Positions 23,337 through 34,679 of a stretch of DNA of 64,000 nt are shown in pieces; position 1 is the first letter of the stretch; each line of letters opens with the position of its first letter. Both the position numbers and the translations under genes were made by a program. Source of the DNA: Octopus sinensis (Eukaryota); the NCBI RefSeq assembly GCF_006345805.1, contig NC_043026.1, positions 806,001-870,000 of the forward strand, given 5' to 3'. The notes below the pieces were generated by a model. It saw nothing but the letters and a program-made list of their open reading frames with translations, was not told the origin of the DNA and did no database searches.

Positions 23337-23960
23337 GATGGTGGTGGTGGTAGTATTGGATGGTGTTGAGAGTAGTGGGGGTGGTGGTGGTGGTGGTAGT
23401 ATTAGATGGCATTGACGGTTGTGGTGGTGGTGGTGGTGGTAGTGATGGTGGTAGTATTGGATGGTGTTGACGGTTGTGGGGGTGGTGGTGGTGGTGGTAG
23501 TATTAGATGGCATTGACGGTTGTGGTGGTGGTGGTGGTGGTAGTGATGGTGGTAGTATTGGATGGTGTTGACGGTTGTGTGGTGGTGGTGGTGGTGGTAG
23601 TGATGGTGGTAGTATTGGATGGTGTTGACGGTTGTGGTGGTGGTGGTAGTGATGGTGGTAGTATTGGATGGTGTTGACGGTTGTGGTGGTGGTGGTGGTA
23701 GTGATGGTGGTAGTATTGGATGGTGTTGACGGTTGTGGTGGTGGTGGTAGTGATGGTGGTAGTATTGGATGGTGTTGACGGTTGTGGTGGTGGTGGTGGT
23801 GGTGGTAGTGATGGTGGTAGTATTGGATGGTGTTGACGGTTGTGGTGGTGGTGGTAGTGATGGTGGTAGTATTGGATGGTGTTGACGGTTGTGGTGGTGG
23901 TGGTGGTGGTGGTAGTGATGATTGTAGTATTAGATGGCGTTGACGGTTGTAGTGATGGTG
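23337..23960. repeat. Minisatellite, unit 37+3n bp, about 12 copies
   Basis: GGTTGT(GGT)nAGTGATGGTGGTAGTATTGGATGGTGTTGAC repeated. Confidence 0.93.
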
Positions 23961-24289
23961 GTAGTATTGGATGGTGGTAGAGATGGTGGTGATGGCAGTG
24001 GTACTGGTGGTGGTACAGATGGTGATGGTGGTGTTGGTGTTGATGGTAGTTGTGGATGTAATGGTGGCGCTAGTATTGGTAGTGGTTGTATTGGTGGTGG
24101 TGTTGTTGGTGGTGGTGGTAGTGCAGTATATGTAGGACAGGGCTCTGACTAGCAACGGTGGGGGGTAGTTATGTGGGTGGGAGTTATGATGAGTGTGTGT
24201 GTGTGTGGAGGGGGCCCTCCTATTTATATTAATTATTTTTTTTAATTACATTCCATCAGCTGCTGCAATATGAACAAAACAAACATTCT

Positions 24290-25268
24290 CACTGCACACA
24301 CACACACACATACACACACACACATACACACACACACACTCAACAGAAGCACACACATACACACACACACACTCTACAGAAGCACAAACATACACACACA
24401 CACTCTACAGAAGCACACACATACCTGCATATACACACACACACAACATATGCACATGCAGATTAATACACAGGAAAACTCATTCATACATCTACACACA
24501 CGCGCATACACGGCTTAACACACTCATAAACGCACAAAGATACACATCTGCATCAGCACACACACACACACAGACATGCATCTGCACACACACACACAGA
24601 CATGCATCTGCACACACACACACACACATAGAGGTATTATATATATATAAAACATACACACACACTTCTACACTTGCATGCACACACGCATACATATGTA
24701 TATACACAAACACACACACACACACACATGCAGCTTAACACGCTCACGCACACACAAATGTACTCACACTGAAAACAGATACATAAATATACATACATAC
24801 ATACATGCATACACACTTGAAATACACACACATACATAGAGACATGCATGCTGTCACACAAACGTGCACATGCACACATAGTTTTCAAATACATGCACAC
24901 ACGCACTTGCATATTAACACACCCACACACACATACATACGCTTACATATTAACACACACATACAGTTATTCAAATACACACATACACAAATGTGCTTGC
25001 ATATAACGCACATGCACATACACACACACACTTGAATACATACATAAAACACACAAACTTATACACATATATGCACACAGTATTTCAGACACACACACTC
25101 ACACATACACTTGCATATTAACACACACATACACACATGAACTCATACACACATAGAACTAGTCAAGTCTACACACAAATACACATTTGCATATTAACAC
25201 ACACATGCATGCATATACACACATGAACTCCTACACACACACGCACATATATATATATATATATATAT
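24290..25268. repeat. (CA)n-rich degenerate microsatellite
   Basis: Direct inspection. Confidence 0.88.
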
Positions 25269-25269
25269 A

Positions 25270-25680
25270 TTTACTCATTTACTCATTTACTTGTTTCAGT
25301 CATTTGACTGTGGCCATGCTGGAGCACCGCCTTTAGTTGAGGAAATCAACCCCAGGACTTATTCTTTGTAAGCCTAGTACTTATTCTATCGGTCTCTTTT
25401 GCTGAACTGCTAAGTTACGGGGACGTAAACACACCAGCATTAGTTGTCAAGCGATGTTGGTGGGGACAAACATAACACACAAACATGCACACACATATAT
25501 ATATATATACATATATACAACGGGCTTCTTTCAGTTTCCTTCTACCAAATCCACTCACAAGGCTTTGGTCGGCCCGAGGCTATAGTAGAAGACACTTGCC
25601 CAAGGTGCCACGCAGTGGGACTGAACCCAGAACCATGTGGTTCATAAGCAAGCTACTTACCACACAGCCACTCCTACGCC
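25270..25680 (-). mobile_element. Family A SINE, full length
   Basis: Complete reverse-complement match. Confidence 0.92.
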
Positions 25681-25834
25681 TATATATACATATATATACT
25701 ATATACATATATATATTCTATATATATATATATATATAATATATAATATATATATGTATATATATATATAAACACACAAAACTATTCAAGTCCACACACA
25801 CAAACACACAATTGTATATTAACATGGTTTCAAA

Positions 25835-25995
25835 TTTTAGCGCAAGGCCAACAATTTCGAGAAGGGTCTGAGTTGATAACAATGACCCCAGTGCTCGGCT
25901 GGTAACTTAGTTTATCAACCCAGAAAGGATGAGAAGTAAAATTGATCTCAGTGGATTTTGAACCCAAAACATAAGCGTCTGGACTGGTGTGCTAA
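25835..25995 (-). mobile_element. Family C-related SINE, degenerate
   Basis: GACCCCAGTGCTCGGCTGGTAAC...AGAAAGGATGA. Confidence 0.6.
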
Positions 25996-26024
25996 TGATT
26001 CCACCAGGTTTTTATATATTACTT

Positions 26025-26772
26025 TTTTACTGTTTTATTTGTTTCAGTCATTTGACTGCGGCCATGCAGGAGCATCACCTGTAGTCAAACAAGCGGATCC
26101 CTGGAATTATTCTTTGTAAGCCTAGGCGCAGGAGTGGCTGTGTGGTAAGTAGCTTGCTAACCAATCATATGGTTCTGGGTTCAGTCCCACTGCGTGGCAC
26201 CTTGGGAAAGTGTCTTCTACTATAGCCTCGGGCCGACCAAAGCCTTGTGAGTGGATTTGGTAGACGGAAACTGAAAGAAGCCCGTCGTATATATGTATAT
26301 ACATATATATATATGCGTGTGTGTGTTTGTGTGTCTGTGTTTGTCCCCCTAGCATTGCTTGACAACCGATGCTGGTTTGTTTATGTCCCCGTTACTTAGC
26401 GGTTTGGCAAAAGAGACCAATAGAATAAGTACTGGGCTTACAAAAGAATAAGTCCCGGGGTCGAGTTGCTCGATTAAAGGCGGTGCTCCAGCATGGCTAC
26501 AGTCAAAAAATGACTAGTACTTATTCTATCAGCATCTTTTGCCGAATGGTTAGGTTACAGGGACGTAAACACACCAGCATCGGTTGTCAAGACAAACACA
26601 GACACACAAACATATACACACACACATATATATATACAAAGGGCTTCTTTCAGTTTCCATCTACCAAATCCGCTCACAAGGCTTTGGTCGGCCCGAGGTT
26701 ACGTAGAAGACACTTGCCCAAGGTGCTACGCAGTGGGACTGAACCTGGAACCATGTGGTTGGTAAGCAAGCT
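26025..26772. mobile_element. Family A SINE (+, 26125-26515) inserted into a family A SINE (-)
   Basis: The host copy breaks at TGTAAGCCTA (26124) and resumes at CTAGTACTTATTCTATC (~26514). Confidence 0.88.
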
Positions 26773-27514
26773 GAGCGCTATTATAGATCAATATGTCCTT
26801 CCTTTTTCTCAATAAGATAGTTGTAAATTAAAGGAATCTAGCTGCTATTTCTAGCAGGATGGACAACCTCAAAAGAGGTCTTCATTACCATGTTGTTGTG
26901 GTTGTTGTTGTTGTTGTCGTTGATGGTGATGTTGTTCCATTTCTTGTAATTATTTACTGTTTGTATTTGGGGAGAGGGGGGAGTAAAAGGGGTTATTTTT
27001 CTATGTTTAAAGAATATTTTTTTTTAAATTAGAAAAACGTCAAAAACCAAAAAAAAAAGAAAAAAACTCAACGATCATTTAAATCCAGATTAAATCCAGA
27101 TTAAACCAGTTAAACACATCTGGTATTCCAGTTAATCTGATTCCGTTTCATTTCTTATGCTGGTTTTACCAGAATGTTTCAGTGTATTTTTTTTTTTGGT
27201 TTTTGTTATTTTATTTTATTTTATTTTATTTTATTTTATTTAGAGAAGAGCAGAGTAGGGAGGAGCAAGGATGGTTAGTGGCGGGAGGGGGAACATGGAA
27301 AATTCCAGAAGAAAAAAAAAAAAAGCGAAATTAGATTATGGGCATAAATTGAAAATTAGCTTGATACAAGTACAACAACAACAACAACAACAACAACCCT
27401 ACACCCTCCCCACCATCCGCCCACCCCATACATCACCATACAACGAGCCAACATCTGGCCCCTTCCTGCATGGTAGAAATAGAAATAGCTCTCGAATATT
27501 CTCTCATAGCACAG

Positions 27515-27885
27515 CTTGTCATCATCATCATCATTGTCATCACTATCATCATCATTACCGTCATCATCATTGTCATCATTGAAATCAATCACATCACTGT
27601 CGTTGTCGTCATCATAATCATCATTATAATCACCACCACCACCACCACCACCACCATCATTGCAATCATCATCATCATCATCATAGTCATTGCCATCATT
27701 GTCTTCATCGTCATCATCATCATTATCGCATCATCATCGATGTCATCATCATTATCGTCATCATCATAGTCGTCGCTATCATTGTCATCATCATCATTGC
27801 ATCATCGTTATCATTATCATATAATCATCATTATAATCGTCACCATCATCATCATCATCATCACCATCATCGTTATCATCAATTG
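27515..27885. repeat. (ATC)n degenerate trinucleotide array
   Basis: Direct inspection. Confidence 0.9.
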
Positions 27886-28169
27886 AGAGTATGATAGAAG
27901 AAGGCTTGCTCTTTATTCCGTAGAAGAAGAAATTCAAATCGGACCATGTTAAGACCAAAAATTATTTACATCAAAAAGGCGCTTATTTTCTATGAAAATC
28001 CCTATGTTTTTACAATTTTTTGACAGCTATGTCACCATTTTTCGGTGTATTTCAACCAGAAAAATGTTCAGTTAAAGAGAATAACAAGCTACATACTGCA
28101 AAATTTTTACTTTTCAAAAATTCCAATTCTAAAGGGTCGAAAGGAACTTTTTTGTGATGTCATTGGTTT

Positions 28170-28518
28170 TGAGCGAACGACGGATTTTCCTGTCCTTTTT
28201 CTAAATGAATACTGTTGCAGTGTTAACTTCTTAATAGATTTTCAGTGCAGTTCGAAACTTGAGCTTCATTTTGCTTTAAATCTACGGGTAATTTTTTTCT
28301 CCATAATGTTAATAGAAGGAATATTAACCAACAATGCCGACAACTGGATTCGGCATTACACATTTGCAGCACATTCAGAGCAAATTCGAGCATCGCCACA
28401 CTCTACTTTTTATTCATAGATTGAAACTATGTCAAAACTTTGTTAATGCGACAGCAAAGTCTGCCATTTTAAGCACAACTAAAATACAAACCCGAGCAAT
28501 GGCAGGCTATACTGCTAG
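28170..28518 (+). mobile_element. Helitron-like element, 3' end (5' boundary uncertain)
   Basis: ACAAACCCGAGCAATGGCAGG-CTATACTG-CTAG|T, homologous to the 29729 terminus. Confidence 0.55.
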
Positions 28519-28530
28519 TAAATATATATA

Positions 28531-28929
28531 GGCGCAGAAGTGGCTGTGTGGTAAGTAGCTTGCTTGCCAGCCACATTGTTCTGGGGTCAGTCCCACTGCC
28601 TGGCATCTTGGGCAAGTGTCTTCTGCTATAGCCCCAGGCCAACCAAAGCCTTGTGAGTGGATTTGGTAGACGGAAACTGAAAGAAGCCCATCGCGTATAT
28701 GTATATATATGTGTGTGTGTGTTTGTGTGTCTGTGTTTGTTCCTCTAGCATTGCTTGACAACCGATGCTGCAGTGTTTATGTCCCCGTAACTTAGTGGTT
28801 TGGCAAAAGAGACCGATAGAATAAGTACTGGGCTTACAAAGAATAAATCCCGGGGTCGATTTGCTTGACAAAAGGCGGTGCTCCAGCATGGCCACAGTCA
28901 AATGACTGAAACAAGTAAAAGAGAGAGTA
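28531..28929 (+). mobile_element. Family A SINE, full length
   Basis: Head to AAAAGAGAGAGTA tail. Confidence 0.92.
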
Positions 28930-29110
28930 TATATATACATATACATATATATATATATAATCAAAATAAGCAACAACATCACTAGTTGATAGCCTGTAGC
29001 TTATTTTGATTTTATTCACCTTACTTTGAGCTCTCTGGATAATACCAGACTGACTTGGTACTTCATCTTAAGCATCTAATTCAACTGAATCTTAATTTAT
29101 AAATATATCC

Positions 29111-29405
29111 TCATCATCATCATCATCATTGTTTAACGTCCGTTTTCCATGCTAGCATGGGTTGGACGGCTCAACTGAGGTCTGGGAAGCCAGGAAGCTG
29201 CACCAGACTCCAATCTGATCTGGCAGTGTTTCTACAGCTGGATGCCCTTCCTGACACCAACCACTCCAAGAATGTAGTGGGTGCTTTGTATGTGACATTG
29301 GGACAAGGGGCCAGAGAAGCTGGCATTGGCCCCATTCGGATGGTACTTTTTACGTGCTACCAGCATAGGGCTCGCAACTACAATTTCCATTTGATTTGAT
29401 TTTGA
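29111..29405 (-). mobile_element. Family B retroposon
   Basis: (CAT)nTGTTTAACGTCCG...CAGCTGGATGCCCTTCC. Confidence 0.85.
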
Positions 29406-29420
29406 TACTGCTGATATATA

Positions 29421-29729
29421 TCTTTATATATAAAACTGAAGTTGTGTGTGTGGGAGTCTGTCTCCTCCGATTTAGATTCCTAACTACTCCCACATTTTGC
29501 GGTGCAGTTTAACCAAAAGTGAGTATCTTATAGTCGTGATTCATATCAAGCCCTTCTGGGTATTAGCGCGCATCTACAATGAGTCTACAATTTTTAAAAA
29601 ACTTTACCATCATTTTTCCGCATTTTTAATGCATTTTTTGCTCGGTTTATATCAGGGAAGTAACTCTCTAAAAATGCTTATATAGTTATTTCCCTTACAA
29701 ACCCGAGCAACGCCGGGCGATACTGCTAG
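29421..29729 (+). mobile_element. Non-autonomous Helitron, 309 bp
   Basis: A|TC 5' end, GC-rich hairpin CCCGAGCAACGCCGGG at 29702-29717, CTAG|T 3' end, no TSD. Confidence 0.85.
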
Positions 29730-29751
29730 TATATATATATATATGGGAAGG

Positions 29752-30034
29752 GGTGATGCTAGTTCGGCCTGATTGGCACCTATGCCAGTGGCATGTAAAA
29801 GCACCATTTGAGTATCGTTGATGCCTGTACAGCCTGACTGGTACCATGCCGGTAGCATGTAAAAAGCGCCCACTACACTCTCAGAGTAATTGGCATTAGG
29901 AAGGGCATCCAGCTGTAGAAACTTTGCCAGATCAGATTGGAGCTTGATGTGGCCTCCTGGCTTGCCAGCCCCCGGTCAGACCATCGAACCCATGCCAGTA
30001 TTGAAAGCAGACATTAAACAACAACGATGATGAT
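29752..30034 (+). mobile_element. Family B retroposon
   Basis: AGGAAGGGCATCCAGCTGTAGAAAC...(GAT)n. Confidence 0.83.
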
Positions 30035-30069
30035 ATATATGTATGTATGTATGTTGTATGTATGTATGT

Positions 30070-30280
30070 ATGTATTTGTGTGTCTGTGCATGTCCCCACA
30101 ACATTGCCTGACAACCAATGTTGATGTGTTTACATCCCCGTAACTTAGCGGTTCAGCAAAAAGAGACCGACAAAAAAAGTACTAGGCTTACAAAGAATAA
30201 GTCCTTGGGTTGATATTTGTTTAACCACAAAAGCATTGCTCCAGCATGGCCACAGTTAACTGACTGAGACATGTAAAACA
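30070..30280 (+). mobile_element. Family A SINE 3' part, degenerate
   Basis: CCCCGTAACTTAGCGGTTCAGCAAAAAGAGACC. Confidence 0.75.
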
Positions 30281-30569
30281 ATACTTCTACAAGGACAGCC
30301 CCCCCCACCTCGTGTAAATTCGTATTAAAAAGGGTTAATTTCATATGTATCTCTTCAATCTGTTGATTAGCGTTACACAGCCCCACTCTTGCTGGTTATT
30401 TTTAGACATTTTTATTTTCTCTGATCAAAGATCAATGACCACTGATCAATTATTAGTGATCAATGACGATAGATCAATGCAAAACCTTCGCTGGAAGTTT
30501 CCCCAGAATATATGGCCATAGCCAGACGCAGGCTAGAGATGGCAGAGATATAGTGGAAGTGTGGCGGCG

Positions 30570-31530
30570 CTAGTGTTTGTGGTGGTGGCAGCAGTGGGGG
30601 GTGCAGGGGTGGTATATCAGAGGCAATGTAGTTACGGTGTTAGCGCGTGATAATAGTGTGGTGGTAGTGGTAGTGTGTGTGTGTGCATGTAGGTGCTGCT
30701 GGTGTGTTGGTAGTGTAGTAGTAATGGTAATAGTGCTGGTGGTGGTGGTGGTTGTAGTAGTATTAATAGTACTAGAAGTTGTTGTTGCTGTTGTAGTTAC
30801 AGAGCAATTGTAGAAACAGTGTGTTCGTGTCAGAGACAGCGATGAAGTTTGGCGGTCATCGTCATCGCTATGATAACTATCGTAGGACGAAGGTGATGAC
30901 AATGTAGACGATGACAACGAGGATGCTGGATGATGACAACAACGACGACGATGCCGATGGTGGTCATGGCGACGACAACGATAAGGGTGATGATGAGAAC
31001 ATGGACAGGATGACTATGACTATTAGAATGGCGTTGATGATTGTGATGATGATAATGATGATGATGATGGTGATGATGATGGTGATGATGATGATGGTCA
31101 TGATGGTGATGATGATGATGATGATGATGATGATAGTAATGATGATGATGATGGTGATGATGATGGCAATGGCGACGATGATGATGATGATGGCGATGGC
31201 GATGAGGATGATGGTGGTGATGAGGATGGAGAAAACAGAGTAGAAATTGATGCTGAAGACTGTGACAGTTACAAAGATGAAGATATTTTTGAAGTCTATG
31301 TTGACGACCGTCATAACGAAGGTGATAAGAACGTAGATGATGATAATGATGACGATGATGTTGATGATGATGACAGTGATAATGTTGATGACAAAAGTAA
31401 TGGAGAACAAATTGATGCTGCTGTGAAGAAAGAGGGGAAGAAGAAGACAAACACAAAGATGTTTACGAAGTTCATAATGATAATGATGACGACGACATCA
31501 ATGATGATGATGATGATGATAATGATGATG

Positions 31531-31562
<32 letters not shown>

Positions 31563-33110
31563 GACGATAATGATGGTGATGATAATAATGATGATGATGA
31601 TGATGATGGTGATGATGGTGTAGTAGTGATGGTGATGGTGATGATGATGATGGTGATGTTGATGATGATGACGATGATGATGACGACAACGATAATGAAG
31701 GTGATGATGATAATGATGATGATGATGGTGATGATGATAATGATGATGATGATGATGACGATGATGATGATGATGATAATGATGGTGATGATGATGATGA
31801 TGACGACGATAATGATGGTGATGATAATAATGATGATAATGATGATGATGATGATGACGATGATGATGGTGATGATGATGATGACGATGATGATGATGAT
31901 GGTGATGACGATGATGGTGATGATGATAATGATGATGATGATGATGATGATGATGACGATGATGATGATGACGATGATGATGATGACGATGACGACGATA
32001 ATGATGACGACAACGACGATAATCTCAGTACAGAAAAAAAAAAGGTTGTGATGTCAATGACGATAATGATATTGATCTTGATTGCTCATTAGTATCATTA
32101 TTTTAATGGGGGGGGGACATTAATTGCTGCCATTGCCGTTGTTGTTGTTGTTGCTGTTGTTGTTGTTACGATCGTCGTTGTTAATTTGGTAAATTTTATG
32201 GATGGTCAGGACTGGTTTGTCGACAGCGTTATTGTTATCATTATTGCTGTTGTTATTGTTGTCGCCGTTGTAGATATTGTTCCGATGATATCAATGTTGT
32301 TATCATTAATTGTATGTTGTTGTCATCATAATCATTATTTCGTTGTTATTGTTGTTTGTTGTTGTTGTTGTCGTTGTTGTTGCTGTAATAATTATTGCTA
32401 TTGTTGTTGTAGTTGTTGTTGTTGGCGTTGGTGTTAATTGGTAAATTTATAGATGGTTTAGAACTGGTTTGTCAACAGTGCTGTCATTGTTGTTGCTGGT
32501 AATGATGACGACGATGACAAGAATGATAATGGTGGTCATAATGTTGATGCTGATGATGATGATGATGATGACAACGATGACAAGAATGATGGTGATGGTG
32601 ATGATGATGATGATGGTGGTGATGGTGATGATGATGACGAGAATGATGATGATGATGACGATGATGATGACGATGATGATGATGACGACGATAATGACGA
32701 TTATGATGGTGATGATGATGGTGATGATGATGGTGATGATGATGGTGATGATGATGACGACGATAATGACGATTATGATGGTGATGATGATGGTGATGAT
32801 GATGATGACGCCGACGCCAATGATGACGATTATGATGGTGATGATGATGACGACGATGATGATGATGACGATTATGATGGTGATGATGATGATGGTGATG
32901 ACGATGATGTTGATGACGACGACGATGATGACGATGGTGATGATGATAATGATGATGATGATGATGATGATAATTATGACGTTGACAATGACGACAACAA
33001 CAACACTGACAATATCTATTATTGCTACTGTTAAAGGTCACCGCTACTCGCATCACCATCATCACCGCTGCCACCACCACCATCACCACCACCACCACAA
33101 TGTCCATTAA
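30570..33110. repeat. 2.5 kb patchwork of degenerate triplet arrays (GGT/GAT/GAC/GTT/CAC)
   Basis: Direct inspection; contains a ~250 bp spaced duplication of GTAAATTT..GATGGT..ACTGGTTTGTC at ~32190 and ~32440. Confidence 0.92.
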
Positions 33111-33390
33111 GCGCTGTGACTCACTCCTTAACTACCCTACACCCCCCCCCCCGTCCAGCTCCCCTCCACTACCACAACCATCCCAACCCGTACTTAAAGG
33201 CATTGTCCTGCAAACGATTCTTCTCCATCCACTTTTGGGAGGAGTCTGATAAGAGGAGACGAAGTTGACCTTCATCTCTCACCTGACAATAATTAGAAAG
33301 AAAAGGATGGAGTTATCATCTCCTCCTGGGTTGTTGGTAGTTAAGAACATTATTTTTTCTGTGTCCCCACCCCCCTCTCCTTTTGCTTCT

Positions 33391-33530
33391 CTATGGCTGT
33401 GTGGTTAGGAAGTTTGCTTTGCAATCACGTGGTCCCAAGTTCAGTCCCGCTGTGCGACACTTTGGGTGAGTTGCTTTCTACTATAGCCTCAGGCTGACCA
33501 ATGCCTTGGGAGTGAATTTGGTGTGTGAAA
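33391..33530 (+). mobile_element. Family A SINE head, degenerate
   Basis: TGGCTGTGTGGTTAGGAAG...GTTCAGTCCCGCTG. Confidence 0.7.
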
Positions 33531-33624
33531 TTTTGTGGCTAATAGCAATAAATATATACACATACGCATACACACACACATACATGTGCACACACACATA
33601 CACACACAGACACACACGCACACA

Positions 33625-33991
33625 TATCAGGTCATACCATAAGTTCTGTCCGAGTTTACCTTTTTTAAAATTGAATGAAATTTAATAGTATTTTAGAATG
33701 TCTAATAGAATTAAAAATTATTTTTATGTATTTGTGTACATTTAAACTAATTAAATATCATTTTACTGAATAATAGAATTAAAACTTCTTTGATTAAAAC
33801 CCTTTCTAGCATGGAAGTATCCAAAGAGCATTTGGGGCATATAATGCTTTATGAGTACAAAAAAGGAAACTCTGCAGCCAAAGCGACTTGAAACATACAC
33901 TCAGTTTATGGGAAAGAATGCTTGAATGAAAGAACTTGCAGAAGATGGTTTGCAAAATTCAGAAGTGGAGATTTTAGCCTTGAAGACGAAG
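33625..33991 (+). mobile_element. Mariner 5' fragment (TIR and transposase N-terminus, pseudogenised)
   Basis: From ATG 33811: MEVSKEHLGHIMLYEYKKGNSAAKAT*NIHSVYGKECLNERTCRRWFAKFRSGDFSLEDE, typical of the mariner HTH region. Confidence 0.88.
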
Positions 33992-34044
33992 ATGTCAAGA
34001 GATGGTGAGGGGACAAACACAGATACACAAATACATACATATAT

Positions 34045-34195
34045 ATAAAGGGAAAGTTTACGAAAATAAACAAAAGACGAAGGCAGGTGGAGTACAAAAA
34101 AACAAATGTATTAGTATAGCGCTCAGGAATAGAAAAAAAGTCTTTTACGTTTCGAGCCTACGCTCTTTGACAGAAAGATACACAGAAAAAAATCA
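34045..34195 (-). mobile_element. Family G Penelope-like remnant, third copy
   Basis: Matches 9515-9650 and 10770-10975. Confidence 0.6.
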
Positions 34196-34216
34196 TTCAT
34201 ATATATATATATATAT

Positions 34217-34513
34217 ATCACAATCAAGGAACGGCCATAATAGGCCATTCACCCACTAGAAATAACAGCCAAAGCTTCAACCGCAAAATAACATTAATTC
34301 CGCAAACCAGGAGAAAATTAAAAAAAACATTTACCCTGTAGTTTTTAATTTTTTTAATTTAAAAAAATTTTTTTTAATTTTTTAAATTTTTAAAATTTTT
34401 TAATTTTTTTAATTTTCTCCTGGTTTGCGGAATTAATGTTATTTTGTGGTTGGAGCTTTGGCTGTTATTTCTAGTGGGTGAATGGCCTATTATGGCCGTT
34501 CCTTGATTGTGAT
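34217..34513. mobile_element. Foldback/MITE-like element, ~110 bp arms
   Basis: 34217-34327 is the reverse complement of 34404-34513 with about 2 mismatches; AT-rich spacer. Confidence 0.88.
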
Positions 34514-34679
34514 GTTGAACTTATAAATGGTCTATGACTATTTAATTTTTTCCCACTAGGCCGCTGGTGGCAAAAAAATTCTACAAAATTTTTTGCCACC
34601 CTATATTGATTAATAAATATATATATATATATATATATATATCTATATAATATATATGTATAAGGGTCTTGAACGCACA

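Noticed and set aside
28045-28419. 124 aa plus-strand ORF
   Set aside because: No recognisable domain; it lies in AT-rich DNA-transposon/Helitron-like sequence.
33194-33245. 52 nt cassette exon (DSSQKWMEKNRLQDNAFK)
   Set aside because: It would frameshift the kinase between the catalytic loop and DFG, and its donor is weak. It is considered only as part of the recursive-site hypothesis.
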